Origin: Euprymna scolopes
Taxonomy: Eukaryota
DNA length: 64,000 nt
Assembly: GCA_053919585.1 (NCBI GenBank)
Contig: CM132803.1
Strand: one strand, 5' to 3'
The position numbers and the translations under genes are program-made. Positions within the stretch are counted from its first letter, which is position 1, and each line of letters starts with the position of its first letter. Shown here piece after piece: positions 1 through 13,748 of this stretch. The notes under the pieces were generated by a model. The model did not search any database. It saw only the letters and a list, made by a program, of their open reading frames with translations, and was not told the origin of the DNA.

Positions 1-873
1 ATTTCCTTTTCTTTCTACAACACCAGTCCCGCAACGAACAATGGTTACACCCGCGCGGACATGAACACATGTTATATCTAAAACATTCATTCTTCCAACA
101 GTAAATAAACGACACGTTTATCTTATCCATCAATTGAGTTTTTGTTTCCTTCAATTCCATTCGTTTCATTATTCTTTTGTAACAGGATTGGGATTTATAT
201 ATCCTAGTCCCCTACAATTATTGATATCTCTAATATTAACAATATAAGGAGCACAATCATAGTTTAGTTATCATCACTAACATACATAAAAAAATAAAAT
301 CCAACTTTAAATATTTCTTGTCACCTAAACAAGCTAGTCAATCATTTGTATATTGGGCTACATGTCACTTATACCTAATGATTGGTCATATCTAGCAAGT
401 CATATCTCTGTATTTAAACCATACAACTGCTAAAAATATTTAACATACTCAAATACGAATATACATTAAAGATGTCTTGAAATGGTTAAGGAAATAACTA
501 AAGGGAATAAATATTGTAACAATTTTATTGGCAAGATTCATAATTCAGTTTTGGTATGAATTAAAAAAATAAATTGTTTCTTATACTATAAGCGCATTTA
601 TTATTTGTACAATGGCCAAGCAGTATTCATGTATTTATTATTTACATGTGCTTAAATTTTGATTTTTTAGGTATTTATTTTAATCTGAGTATTTTACATC
701 TACAATTTAAATTAGGTTCTGAATAGATTACACCTGTTTTTCTCATGTTGTAAACAAAGTCATAAAGAAATTGAACTTTACAAAATATTACTTTCATTTA
801 CAGAAACCCAAATGTATTTTGCTTTACTTTATTTGAAAATTTTCTGTATTCTATTATACATTTTGTTTTTCAG

Positions 874-1163
874 CTCTTTATTCTTCCCAGTATTGTAACC
901 CTCCTCCTTCACAAAGTGATGGACTGCAAAACACAAATATAAGACCTTTAGGTCAGACTGCCAGTTACCCAAGCGATACCACAATAGTGGCAAGAGGCTT
1001 TTATACACCTTATATGAATGAAAACAGTCCTCAAACAAGTGACAAATCTTATTCTGGCGCAGACACAAGTAGTCTCTCTAACAGACATGCACAAACGGTC
1101 AATGTACCTACGAGTGGTAGTCAGTTATCTATCAATAGACCACTTCCTCCTGTACCAAACTGA
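874..1163 (+). CDS. Protocadherin g0, terminal coding exon (rest of gene upstream of window)
   Basis: Acceptor tttttcag ends at 873. Phase-1 exon reads LYSSQYCNPPP...YPSDTTIVARGFYTPYMNE...INRPLPPVPN-TGA, homologous to the terminal exons of g1-g6 (290 nt). Confidence 0.9.
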
Positions 1164-2070
1164 AACTGATTTCTAAATATATTTTTAAAATTAGACATTA
1201 TATCTATTGTTTTATTATAATTTTTAATTTTACATAACTAAAACTAAAATGTGATTAAAATATAAAAGCAAGTTTTCTTTCGTAAATGAAAGCAAAAATT
1301 ATTTCCACCAAAATGTCAATACTAAAAAATGTCATTGATTATTACATCATAATTAATAATTAACAAATTAGTTTTAGCTTAAAAATAGATTTAATGCAAA
1401 AAGATATCTAAAATCTAGATAAAAAATTTGAATATAATTAGTTTATTAATTATAAATTAATATTTGCAATATTTTATAATATTATTATTATATCATAAAA
1501 CATTACTATTCTTTTTCAATTGAATTATTAATATCTGTAATTAATGATTGAGTAGTAATATAAAAAGACAAAGATGTTGTTAATTTCTAATTTTATTTGA
1601 TTATATTAAATATAATGAACAGGTAAACAAAATTGTACTATATAAACAATAATCTATGTGATGCTTTTCAAATTATGATTTTAGTGATTCTTTTTTTAAA
1701 TAAATTTAAAATATTTATTTTAACACTATAAAAATAAAATATGTTTATCCATAAAGATTTTTTTAAATAAAATCATTACCATATTAATATTTAATGTAAT
1801 ACATTAAATATTTTGAACTATTTAGTTTGGATTATGTTAGAGAAGTAGAAAGAAGTAATTATAATGGATGAAAACAAAACGCTCACTTAATTTTCTACAT
1901 AAAAGATGCTTTTATTTTCATCTAATTAACTTAAATGTTGCAAATATTCAAAAATATTCATTTTGTGTAATTAGTTAAGTAAATATTAAAATTATATTAC
2001 AGTTTTGAAAAAGGTTTCAATTTATTCTAGACTAAAATATATTGTCATGAGGAAGTGAGTTTTTAGTAAG

Positions 2071-2244
2071 GCAGCCATTAAACGCACAACACACAAAGTA
2101 GGACTGCTAGTTTACTGCTCACATCAACTGTACAAAGGAAACATAAGGATGTTATCACAATATGGCTGCTAAAGCTGAAGCTTTCTTCTTTCTCTGGATA
2201 TAACTTTTATTTAAACCCGGGGTTAATTGGATTTTATTTCAAAT
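2071..2244 (+). promoter_or_regulatory. g1 conserved promoter/5' element and putative non-coding exon 1
   Basis: GCAGCCATT(2071)-N19-TAGGAC(2099); donor AAT|GTAAGT after 2244; same arrangement upstream of all paralogs. TSS not determined. Confidence 0.7.
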
Positions 2245-3169
2245 GTAAGTTTATTTTCTTTCATTTTGCCCTAACTTTAATTATTACTAATTTTTAAGCT
2301 CTTTAAAGCAATTAAAAAGCATTCTGTTTATACTTAATACATTACTGTCATTATTTATCAGAGTAATCGTTAAAAAAACGCTGCCTTTGTTTCATTTATT
2401 TTATTCATCATTTTTATGCTACTAAATTTTGCTTGTTATATTAATGCATTGTAGTTAACATGTTTCAGTGTTAAATATATCATTTTTTGTTCCATGAAAA
2501 AACTGAAATATGTTTCATATTTCTCTTAAATGTACTATTTTTAACAAGCTGTTATTGAAAAAAGACAGAATACTACAATTATAGCATCAGTTTAGGATCA
2601 TATTTTGACGTGATGAATTAAGAAATTTATGCTTTCTTTAAGTGTGAGAAAAAAAATGAAAAATAAGTAATCTTGAAAATTTAGCATATCAAACACAAAC
2701 AATTTATTAAAATGTAAAATTCATTACAATTTTTCTAGTTTCTCTAGTTTTAAGTTTTACAGTCGTTTTTCAAAACAAACGATATTGAATATTTTTTCTG
2801 AATCAAAAACTATTACTTTAATAAATTAAACAATATGATTTAAAAATATATCTTTTAACTCAGTTATTTAAAATTTTATGCACATTATATTAACAGAACT
2901 GTTTCTTTTTAATTTTGTTTTTCTCTCAATGCAAAATTTAATTTGTATTCTATAGGGTCTATTTCATTTCAGAAACTTAGATTTTCTTATTAGATAGTAT
3001 TTATTTACATTTTAGAGAATATAAAATTAACTAAAATAACATTTTTCAAGGGAAAATTTAATGAAAATATAGTGATTAAAGTAGATGAAATGTAAACAAT
3101 GGAATTTAATATTAATTATTGAGTCCCCCCCTCACCTACAAAAGCACTAACAATAGACTTCATTATAAT

Positions 3170-3317
3170 TACCATACTTTGGGGTAATTGTGCCAAATCC
3201 GGGGGTAATTGTGCCAACTAAAAAAAGTGTTTTTTATATGCGTGGTTGCCAAAAGAGCACTTTTAGTTAGTTGGCGCAATTACCCTGGACTTGGCACAAT
3301 TCGCCCAATGTGCGGTA
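3170..3317. mobile_element. MITE (non-autonomous DNA transposon, TA-flanked, Tc1/mariner-like ends)
   Basis: About 60-bp imperfect terminal inverted repeats (TACCATACTTTGGGGTAATTGTGCCAA.../...TTGGCACAATTCGCCCAATGTGCGGTA), each with two GGG(T/C)(A/G)ATTG(T/C)GCCAA-like subrepeats; in g1 intron 1. Confidence 0.75.
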
Positions 3318-4149
3318 TTTGTTTATGTAATTGAAATAAAGTTAACAAATGTAGATAATACATTATGAATGTTCTTACTGGCAGGTACATGCACTTTCCT
3401 CTGTGAAAAAATGTCTAATATTTTTAAAAATATATATATTAATATTTCTCCATCTTTTTAATTATTTTTAAAATTTATACTTAAAGGTGTTCCTTATATT
3501 TATAATGATGAAATGAGAATTTAATAATCTCAGGAAATTATTTATTAAAATATTTTTGTTTAAATTTTTATAAAAATCAAACGTCCCATTTACTCTAATA
3601 ATAATCATTTGTTACTTTTATATGATAATTATTCTATATTAATATGTCCTCCTGAAAGAATTTGTTTAAAAAATATCCAATTTAGTGTGCCTATAATAAT
3701 AACAACAGCACTAATATGAAAAAATATATCATTTCATTTTCTGATTAAAAATAAATCATTGAGAAATAAGACCTGGTTTCGGTTATAGAATGCTATCAAA
3801 CATCCTTTATAATAAGTGAACTATTAAAAGAGTCCAGGGAATTGTGTACATATTAATGTACTTAAAATATAAAAGTGATTATTTGTTGAATTAATATGCA
3901 AAATGAATACGTTTTTAATGCATGGAAAAAATATTTTAAGTAAAAAAAATAGAACTACTTTTTACAAATAGCTGAGAATATCTGTTAATGTTGTTGTTTT
4001 TGTCATATTGAAAATCTGAACTTAAAAAATGCGAGTACCTTGTAAAAAATTAAATAATCTTTTCAAAAATTAGCTAAAAAATTTCATAATTATTTTTGAT
4101 TTCAGAAACAGTAAACAATTCATCAGAAACACATCTACAATCAAAACAA

Positions 4150-6573
4150 ATGAGTTATAAATATACAGTAATGATGATGCTACACATAACTTTTATTGTT
4201 CTGTCTGCTTTACAAGGTTGTTTATGTACAGACCTTACCTACATTATTGAAGAAGGAAAAAGTCCAAATACATATTTAGGAAATATTGCAGTTGATTCAA
4301 ATATCATGGAAAATATTGATTCTAAAGACAATAAATTGATTTCATTCAGTTTATTGCAAGGAAGTATTGCAGGCAGTACTCAGTTATTCCGTGTTTCAAA
4401 GAATACAGGAAAACTGTACACTGCTCAAACATTGGATGCTGAATCACTTTGTACTTATAATGTAGAATGTTTTCAAATGGTTGATATTGCTGTAAAGAAA
4501 GCAGCAACTTTTATGAAATTAATTGAAATCAGAGTTATTATTAAAGATGTAAATGACCATCAACCTGAGTTCCCAGATAAACAAGTCAACATAAAATTTT
4601 CAGAAGAATCTACACAAGGGTCAAAACGTTTAATTCCAAATGCATTTGATCGAGATGTTGGAACTATTAATTCCCAGATTACTTATCATTTAAAAAATAA
4701 AGAAAATGAACCTTTTACTTTATTTATTTCAAAAAGTGTTGATGGAACATCACAATTAGCGATAAATCTAGAGAAAAAGCTTGATAGAGAAATTAAAATT
4801 TTTTATAAGATTGAAGTAATTGCAAAAGATGGAGGTTCTCCCCCAAAAGAAAGTACTCTTTACGTTCATATAACTGTAACTGATGTGAATGATAATTCTC
4901 CAGTGTTTTCTGAAAATTCTTATAATATTTCAATCAAGAATAAACCTGATGCTGCTTTGCCTCTGACTAGCTTATCAGCAAAGGATTTAGACTCTGGAGA
5001 AAATGGCAAAATCTCATACAGTTTCAGTTCAAAAACATCAGACGTTTCTAAAACTCATTTTGATTTAAACTCAGAAACTGGAGAAATTTTTCTAGTGAAG
5101 AAATTTACAACTGGGCAAAAACTGAAATATAAACTTTATGTTAAAGCTTCTGATGGAGGCAATCCTCCATTAAGTTCTCTGGCCATGATTCAAGTGAATG
5201 TGATTAATGAACAGAACAATGCGCCAACTATAAATATCAATTTTGCCTCAACATCTGGTGACAAATTTATGAAAATTTCAGAAGATATTAAGGTTGGAAG
5301 TTTTATTGCATATGTGAAAGTTACAGATCCAGATCTTGGACAAAATGGAGATGTTACTTGTACTCTTGATCACAATAAGTTTCAACTCCAAAGTCTGGAT
5401 ACAAAGAAATATCAAGTAATTGTAAAGAAACCAGTGGACAGAGAGAGTGAAGATCACCATGACATTAGGATCAGTTGTGAGGATAAAGGAAATCCTCCTC
5501 TTGAAAGTGAAAGCAGATTTTCAGTCCAAGTGATGGATGTGAATGATGAACAGCCACAATTTTCTAAACAATTATTTAAATTCTTCATTGATGAAAACCA
5601 GAGATCGAAAATTCCTATTGGCACAATCAATGCCACAGATCCAGACTTGGGACTTGGAGGTAAACTGTCTTTTTCTTTAGTGAGCACCAATAAACAATTT
5701 GTACCATTTCGAATCACTGAAAATGGATTAATCTCTTCAATTATGTCTTTAGACCATGAGTTTCAAGATACTTATAATTTTGAAGTGTTTGTAAAAGACA
5801 AAGGAAGTCCATCATTGAATAACACAGTGAATGTGATTGTTAAGGTGAGAGATGAAAATGATAATGCTCCATATTTCACATTTCCCAGTGTTAATCCTTA
5901 TAATATGGATGTAACATATTATCCGCATCATACAAAGAACATCAGCCAGATAAAGGCATCAGACAGTGACAGTCAAGAGAATGCATTTCTAAAATATGAA
6001 ATAATCAGAGGCAATAGCAAACAGATATTCAGCATCAACCAGTACACTGGTTTGTTATGTTCAACTCATGTCCTAAGCCAACAAGATGCTGGCTCATATG
6101 AGCTGGAGTTTCTAGTAAAGGACAGTGGTAGCCCAGTTCTATCAGCCAGAACTACTGTATATTTAACACTGACCGTAAGCAACAGGACATCAGAAATGTT
6201 AAATGCTGTTAACATCAAAAAAGATAATAAGATCCACCTGACTTCAGCAATTATCATTGTGTCTGTAGCAGTGACAATAGCTGTGATCATTACAGCTTCA
6301 ATCTCAGTGTGTATCCTTCGCTGTTGCAATCCTCGAAGTGTTCCAGTAGCAGAGGGTGGATATGTGAGTAGTGGTCAGAGACATTTGATAAGTCCTCCTT
6401 ACCCAGCCAATCCTTGGTCTAATGTTGCTCTTCCTACAAGTGATGCAGTTGATATGAGAAGAAGCAGTCAACCACCAACACCCAGAATGCAAACCCATCC
6501 TTACTCAAGTGCTCAACAAATGCTGTCATCTCAAGCACCAAAACTACAGCCAACTATGGATTCAGTATCACAG
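4150..6573 (+). CDS. Protocadherin g1 exon 2 (signal peptide, EC1-EC6, TM, proximal cytoplasmic tail)
   Basis: Acceptor ttcag ends 4105; first ATG 4150. Cadherin motifs DxNDxxP, LDRE, AxDxG; EC1 C-X5-C; TM AIIIVSVAVTIAVIITASISVCIL. Donor CAG|GTAATA after 6573 (phase 0). Confidence 0.93.
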
Positions 6574-6694
6574 GTAATATATTGGAATTGATTTAATTTG
6601 ATGTTATAAGTGTTTTCTAATATCAATGTTTTTATACATAAAAACCTATTATGTTTAGAATTTTTAGAAATGAGGACTAATAATTTGTAATATT

Positions 6695-7090
6695 TTGGTT
6701 ATTCAGACTACTCTTCTCATCTTCGATGTTATTCTCCCAATGTTTCGACCAATGCAATCTCTAACATTCTTCAAATATGTTTTGTCGTAATTAAGAATCT
6801 TTCTGTCAAAATAGAAATCTGTATGAAACTTCAAATTGAACTCTTTATTTAATTCATGGAGTTACCTTTCTTCTCTTGTTTGATAAGCCATGATCTGTTA
6901 GAAGTCTGAAGCAATACATAATTCTATTCTTAATATTGCTCATACTGAGGATTTCATTTTCAAGTTCCAGGAAACTGTCACTTAGAACTGATTATTACTT
7001 TGCATCTTTATCCATAGTGAAATGGCTTAATGTGGGTTTATATTCATGAGTTTGACAGAAAGATTCCTGAGTGTGACAAAACACACTTAG
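6695..7090. mobile_element. Degenerate interspersed element with internal inverted repeats (family also at ~43830 and ~59036; possibly Penelope-like derived)
   Basis: GTTTTGTCGTAATTAAGAATCTTTCTGTCAAA (~6779) pairs with TTTGACAGAAAGATTCCTGAGTGTGACAAAAC (~7051). The left end resembles the reverse complement of 44125-44170. Confidence 0.5.
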
Positions 7091-7123
7091 ACTTAATTGT
7101 GAAAAGTACACCCAAATAGCAAT

Positions 7124-7127
<4 letters not shown>

Positions 7128-7193
<66 letters not shown>
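7128..7193. repeat. (TA)n microsatellite
   Basis: Uninterrupted AT dinucleotide run. Confidence 0.95.
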
Positions 7194-7196
<3 letters not shown>

Positions 7197-8062
7197 AGCT
7201 TGATTATCTGAGAAAGAATCTTTTAAAACTTTTTACACTGAGTAAAAATGAGGAAGTTATGACTACTTTTATGTCTTGTATGGTTGGATATTTTATAAAA
7301 AATATAGAACTTAAAAGTTTAATTGTAATACATTTTATATACACGAAACTGGAATCTAATAGTAAAACTGTTACAAAGTAAATATATTAGAAGATTTCTC
7401 TGGTCTTATTGTAGATTAATACTATCCACTAAATCACACATAACCGCTTCCCCAAAATATGTGATTCTTATTTTTTTAGGCAATTACATATGAATACCCT
7501 GAAAAACTTGCAGAAAAGAAAAAAATATATACATAAATTTAGTATAAAAATTTAATGTAAAATAATCCCAAATTTCAGGGCCTTCTAGTGTTTTAGGGTA
7601 GTTAACCAATTTTTATTTCTATGAGAAATAAATCCTGTACGTTTTTCTTTCTTTTTTCTTTTCTTGAAGAACAAATGAAATCCTTTAGTGATATGTGTTG
7701 TTTTTATTTGTTTCTTATTTTTCATATAAGCATTTAGCTTCAAAATGCCATGGTCTAAAGAGGTTTCTTTCGTCTTTATTTCCCCCTTTTATTTTTCCTT
7801 ATTGTTCTGATGATTGTTCTATATTGTTCTGTTATATATAACTTTTATTCCTCATCTTTTATTTAATATAAATATGTTGTTCCTTCGTCTATTTTTTTCA
7901 AATTTAACTATTAGACATATTATCTGGTGAAAGTCCATGACAAAAATTTCTCAGAATATGTCAAATTCTGTTGGTGTTGTTTTATTTTATATTTAAATGT
8001 TGTACCTATAAAAACTTATGTATTATTCCAATATTTCTAATGCTTATTTCTCTTTCCATTAG

Positions 8063-8225
8063 ATGTATGTTCAGGATGTAGCATTACCGTCTAGTAGTGA
8101 TAGAAACAAGAAAAGAACAACCAGAATGCAAGATTATTCCAGCAGAAGTTCAATAAAGTCTTCTCATAATGATGATAGACAAGGTTTAAGTGATGCAGAA
8201 TCATTACAAACTGAGAATGTGTCTG
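8063..8225 (+). CDS. Protocadherin g1 exon 3 (cytoplasmic)
   Basis: ttag|ATGTATGTTCAGGAT (MYVQDVALP...) to G|GTAAGT; 163 nt, phase 0 to 1; homologous exon in all paralogs. Confidence 0.9.
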
Positions 8226-8243
8226 GTAAGTGATAAGAAAAAT

Positions 8244-10400
8244 TGTTATAATTTTCTTATAACTTTCTTATTGAAGTGACGTTCTCTTTATTTGCATATC
8301 TCCTCTCACATAATCTTGCCATTTGCTTTTTCTTTTTTTTTTCTTATTTGAAAACTTTCTTTTATTCATTTTATTAACATGCTTTCCTGGCCACTTGCCA
8401 CATTTGTCGTTGTAAAATTCAGTTGAATAAAGCCTTGGGAAAAGGTATTTCGTCTTGCGTCTTTATTACATTTCAATTTATTGAACTGAATTTGTTTCCA
8501 CCTAATTTTATCTCATGGATAAAATTATTCAACATATCTTCTGCAAACCTTCAGACTAGCAAATTTTAGAAACTATAGTACTGAAAATTTAATTACTATT
8601 TGTCTACCATTGAGCATTTAAATCCAGATAAACTTAGTCCTTTATCTAAATATTTCTGCTACAGTTATTAACGTTATTGAGGGTTGTTCTGAGTTTGAAC
8701 ATGCCATCAAACTACCAAAATCTGTTAACAAGCTTCCCAACGTTATCCATGCAAGACATCTACTTTCAACACGTCTACAATGGGACAATGAGTTCTTCCT
8801 TTTTCATATGATATAAAACACTGGGAATGAAAATGTTGTCATTGATACGTTATCGTGATCATGTGGTATTGCTATTTCTTCCTTGGAGGAACTAAAATCA
8901 ATTCATAATTCTTTAATACATCCTGAAGTACAACGCTTTTTGGCATTTTGTAAGGTCACAAAATATGCTATATCCAATCAATGCCAACAAAAAAACTCCA
9001 ATTTCTTAATTCCCCTAATCATATTCTTATCCGTTCTACTGCCCCATTTCAGCGTCTTTCTGTTGATTACAAAGAACCTTTTCCGGTATCCTCATCAGGT
9101 TGCCATTACATACTTGCTGTTGTCAACGAATATAGTCAATTTCCTTTCATTTTCCCTTGTCATGATTGCTCTTCTCAAACCACGATACACTGCCTGATGA
9201 CTGTTTTCTCTATCTTCAAATTTCCCTCATTTATTCATTTCAATCAGGGAACTTCGTTTATGTCGGGAGAATTCAAACAATTTCTTCTATGACTTGAGAT
9301 TAGATCCAGTAAAACTACTGCTTATAACTCAAGAAGTAACAGCCAATGTGAGCGCTGTAATAGAATTATATGGAACACTATCTTCTTAGCTTTGGAATCT
9401 CAATGGTTATCTATTAACGCTTGGCAGGACGTTCTACAGGATGTTTTACATGCTATTCGCTCTCTACTATGTACAACCACTAATGCATTGTTACATTACA
9501 AACATGAGAATATGGAAGCAAGAGGTCAAAGTTTAGTTCAAACTTTTATTGAAGATCAATACGATCGTGGTAGAAGCTGTTGATATTGTCAGGATGTTAC
9601 AAAAATATATATTAATGTTTTAACATAGAAATATTATGTGTTTTTATGCTTTATGCCAAGAAGACAATTCCCAATTTCATTAAATTCTTTAAAAGCTATT
9701 TTAAAAACAAATTTTTTAAAATTATTTAGTCACTATTTTTAACTAGCATATTCATCTTTACTGTTTCATTCATGAATATTAAGCTGGCGCTTCCTTAAAT
9801 ATAATTGAAGGAATACTAGTCCTTATTTACTTGTTTTTCTTTGAGGCTAAAGTTAAACACAAGGTCAGTTTTTAATGTGAGGAAATTGAGCTCCCCAAAA
9901 TAAAAATTGCTTTAATCTAGAAAGACTTTTTCTTGCTTGTTTGGATAATTCATACAATAGTAATAACAGTTTCACATTTCATAACTTTAGTTTGTACATT
10001 GTGTAATATTTCTATAATATTGCTAACTGTGTTTGTGAGTCTTATAACTTTAAATGATGCTGTTGGTCTTTTCCACCTAATTATTATTTTAATGAGTATT
10101 TTGAGAGTTGAATTTTCTTATGGTATTGATTGGTCATTAAATTATTAATTGAACCAAATTGTTATAAAACTGTAAGCAGTTTTATTATGAATGTTTTTTA
10201 ATCTCTATTTATTAAATTATTGAATGTAAATAGTTTCCAAAACTATTATTTTATTCCATTGTTTCAAGTGGGGGATAGTGTTATAATTTTCTTATTGAAG
10301 TGACTTTCTCTTTATTTGCATATCTCCTTTCACATGATCTTGCTGTTTGCTTTTTCTTTATTTTCTTATTTAAATACTTTCTTTTTTATTTTTAACATGC
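8244..10400 (+). mobile_element. Decayed Ty3/Gypsy LTR retrotransposon
   Basis: 5' LTR TG...CA 8244-8470 with AATAAA. Truncated second LTR copy from 10279, preceded by polypurine tract AAGTGGGGGATAG. Internal frameshifted integrase remnants (HNSLIHP; PFQRLSVDYK; FPSFIHFNQGTSFMSGEFKQFL; TTAYNSRSNSQCER). Confidence 0.85.
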
Positions 10401-10873
10401 ATTATAACATGCATTATAATATTTAATACATGGGGATTTACTGAGAATTTTAAAGTAAAAAATAGCTTTCCATTTGACAGTTTAAATACTTTCAAATTTC
10501 CTTCAAATTCTGAAAGGTTAAAAGTAATTCATTCTCGTTTTTTCAACTAATTAAAAAAATTTAAATGATTGATTTTGTTTTTTAACAAAATGAATTATGG
10601 TGAATTAATTTCATAATGAAATGAAAAACATTTTATTTATTTCATGCTATTGCATTTTTATTACAATAAATTTTGGATTAGTTGTAAATAAAAATATTAA
10701 TGTGTAAGTCATGTAGATGCAAGAAATAAAATCAGAGAAAAAGTTTGTCTCATAATTTACTCACTATAGAGATTATGAGTATATCATAAATGCAAGAATT
10801 TAAAAAATTGTTCATAAATGATCACAAATGTTAGACGTTCATGACAATGCCTTTTTCTTATTTCTTTTTTTAG

Positions 10874-11157
10874 AGATATACCCATCACAATATTGTAATC
10901 CGCCACCATCAAAAAACGACCAGACCACAGAGATGAGATCCTTGGGACAAGTTGTCAGTTACCCTAGTGATACTACAATAGTGGCAAGAGGTTTTTATAC
11001 ACCTTATATGAATGAAAATAGCCCACTAACTGATGGAAAATCATATTTAGGTGCTGATATTAGCAGCCCTGTTGGTAGGCATTCACAATCGAGGACTGTG
11101 TCTGCTAGTGATAGTCAATCTTCTGTTAATAGACCCCTGCCACCTGTACCACAGTAA
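10874..11157 (+). CDS. Protocadherin g1 terminal coding exon
   Basis: tttag|AG ATA TAC CCA; EIYPSQYCNPPP...YPSDTTIVARGFYTPYMNE...NRPLPPVPQ-TAA. The spliced product is in frame, 956 aa. Confidence 0.9.
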
Positions 11158-12606
11158 CCCCTCTACATCTAGAAAATAATAGTCTAAACTTTAATTTTGG
11201 CATTCATTCAGCAAATGTATGTATTAAACTAATGTCACATTTTGTAATCTAGATCACATGACTCACCCCCAAAATATTTCGCAGAAAACTTTTCATAAAT
11301 ACTAAAATAGAATATGAAAATTAGATTGTAAGATAAATGTAATTATTTAGTCTTTATAATCATATAATAATTAATATTTTCAACTGTAAATTTTCTAGAT
11401 AATATGGAAAATTGTATAAAAAATAGAAATACCTGTGAAGTGTTGGTTTACAATCAGTACCATTATTTATTTTATATTAATTTAATTCTAAAATTCATAA
11501 ACTGTGACACATGTTTTAAGACATCCTTATTGTATAAATAACTAAAAATAATCTTTTTATTTCTATATCATTCTTCTTTTTTCTTTCCTCTTTTTCTCTT
11601 TCTTATTATTATATCAAAGTATCATTATTATTATCTATTATTCTTAGAGAGAAGTAAATAGACTTATTATTTAGCCATCTAATTTAGATATGCATTAGTG
11701 GTATATATAGAAAAATATGTAAATTAGATGACTATGATGAATAAAGAAAGTTACTCTTACTCTAAATGCTTACAGAGAAAATAAGAAATATTAGTGAGAG
11801 GGGCAAGAGAAATGCATAATTAAGAAAGAAATAGATCAGCTTTTTCACTTAATTGTGAATTATAACTAATTAGAACAATTAAAACAATTTTTGTTTTCAT
11901 ATATAACTTAATCTGAGAACTAAATAATACTTTAGCATATATTTTGTCATATTAAACATATAGGAAAACTCCTTAAAGACCAAACGTTGAATATCTCGCA
12001 TTCAGTATAATAATAGATTATGGTATCATTTAAAAATATAACCATAGTTTTTCATAATATCATACATAAACAAACATTAACTCAAAACTTAAACTAAACA
12101 ATGGAGTTCAACATTTATTTTCAAATATTTATTCATTTGTTTACTGATTTCAAGATCATTTTAGTTTTTCCTTTCATTATAAAATTTTATAAAAATATAT
12201 GTATAAATAAAATAAAATATTGATAAAACATAAAATACTTATCAATTGCATACTTATTATTAAGATATTAAAACTTTTTTATATATAATGTTTGATAAAA
12301 AGTTAACTACTTTTTTATTTTGCGAATTGTAAAAACAAATAACAAAATGTATGAATGCGAGAAAATTGTTTTAGCTCTACTCAAGTAAGGAATGGAGGAA
12401 GAAAAAAATTACTAATGGACGAATTAATGTCTAAATTTTTTGAAAACAAATTTTATTTTTAGGTATGATTAATTTTTTCTTTAGATATCTATTTTGTCAT
12501 TATTTACTAAATGATCTTGAATTAAAAAATGATATTTTATTATAAGACTCAAGTTTTAATTTATTTACTGCCAAAACATAAAGATATAACTAACAGGAAA
12601 TAAGCA

Positions 12607-12766
12607 GCAGCCATTACACACAAAGCACACAAAGTAGGACTGCTGGTTACCCCCTCATACAGACCATACTCTTGGATGAGACAAAATAAAAGCAATTGGA
12701 AAAATTAATATTTTTTGTGATGAAATCAGCATTTTACCATAAATCCTACTAGAATTTATTTCTAAG
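12607..12766 (+). promoter_or_regulatory. g2 conserved promoter/5' element and putative non-coding exon 1
   Basis: GCAGCCATT(12607)-N19-TAGGAC(12635); donor AAG|GTAAGT after 12766. Confidence 0.7.
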
Positions 12767-13748
12767 GTAAGTTTATTTCCCTCAATTCTCTATAATTGTT
12801 TATTTCTAAAATATGTGTGGTTTGATGATGAATGCATTTTGTCAAATATACAGGACGCCATTGCTATTGTTAGAAGATTAACTACTTAGAAATACTTTTC
12901 TTTGTTTTTCACTCTTTTCTTTGTATTTTGATTTTATTTTAGATCTTGTCTCAATTATCATATATTTTTAATCATAAAAAATATTATTTTCATTGACTTT
13001 TTATTCTTATTCTAATGTGTTATGTTATCACAAAAGAAAGTCGTGATTTTAACGTTTTTCTTGTTTTCTTCATAGTTATATCATGTGTATATAATAATTG
13101 TATAAACTTTATTTTCTTATAACAACTATTTTTCGTATCATAAATTAGAAAATAAATCCGGCTATTTATATGCAATTTTTTATATTTTATTATAATTTAA
13201 TCTTTCAACCATTGAAAATTATAACTGTATCTAAAATGTTACTGCTTATATTAACATCGAATTTTTTCTTATTTTAATCAAATATTAAACTCAGTTTTTT
13301 TTTAACTGCTATCAGAATTTGTTTAACAAGAATTAAAATAAGTTTTCTGATTTAAAGATTATTTTTAGTATAATTTGTAAATGGATGCAAATTCAATGAA
13401 AATATTACTTCAAGCAACAATTAAAATGATAAAAACAATAAGAAATATAATTAAAATAGGTCACATATTTTGCATCATGTGTGAATTAAATCTGCTTTAC
13501 CTTTAAATGAAAATGACATAGTATCAATGTAGATATTTTATCACTGATATTTCTTACTGAGTTTTGTTATTTATTCAAAAATGAAATTATTTATATTTCT
13601 GGAAGATGAGTTGATGTTTTTCTGCTGATAATATCTATAAATAAATTGAAAAATTAAAATCTTGAACCAAAAGCAATGTCTTTTTTTCTTTCAGATGAAC
13701 TGGGGGTTTCCTATTTTACAATAACGTAAATAGGATTGTTACACCAAA

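Noticed and set aside
1-184. Possible 3' end of an LTR (AATAAA, ends TGTAACA)
   Set aside because: Truncated by the window edge, with no second copy or internal domain to support it.
4096-4149. ORF-track N-terminal extension of g1 from a TTG start
   Set aside because: It starts inside the intron (acceptor ends 4105). The first ATG followed by a signal peptide is 4150.
6730-6780. Possible hammerhead ribozyme on the minus strand (TTGAAGA...GAAAC)
   Set aside because: The catalytic core is mutated (not CUGANGA) and stem II pairs poorly. The other family copies are more decayed.
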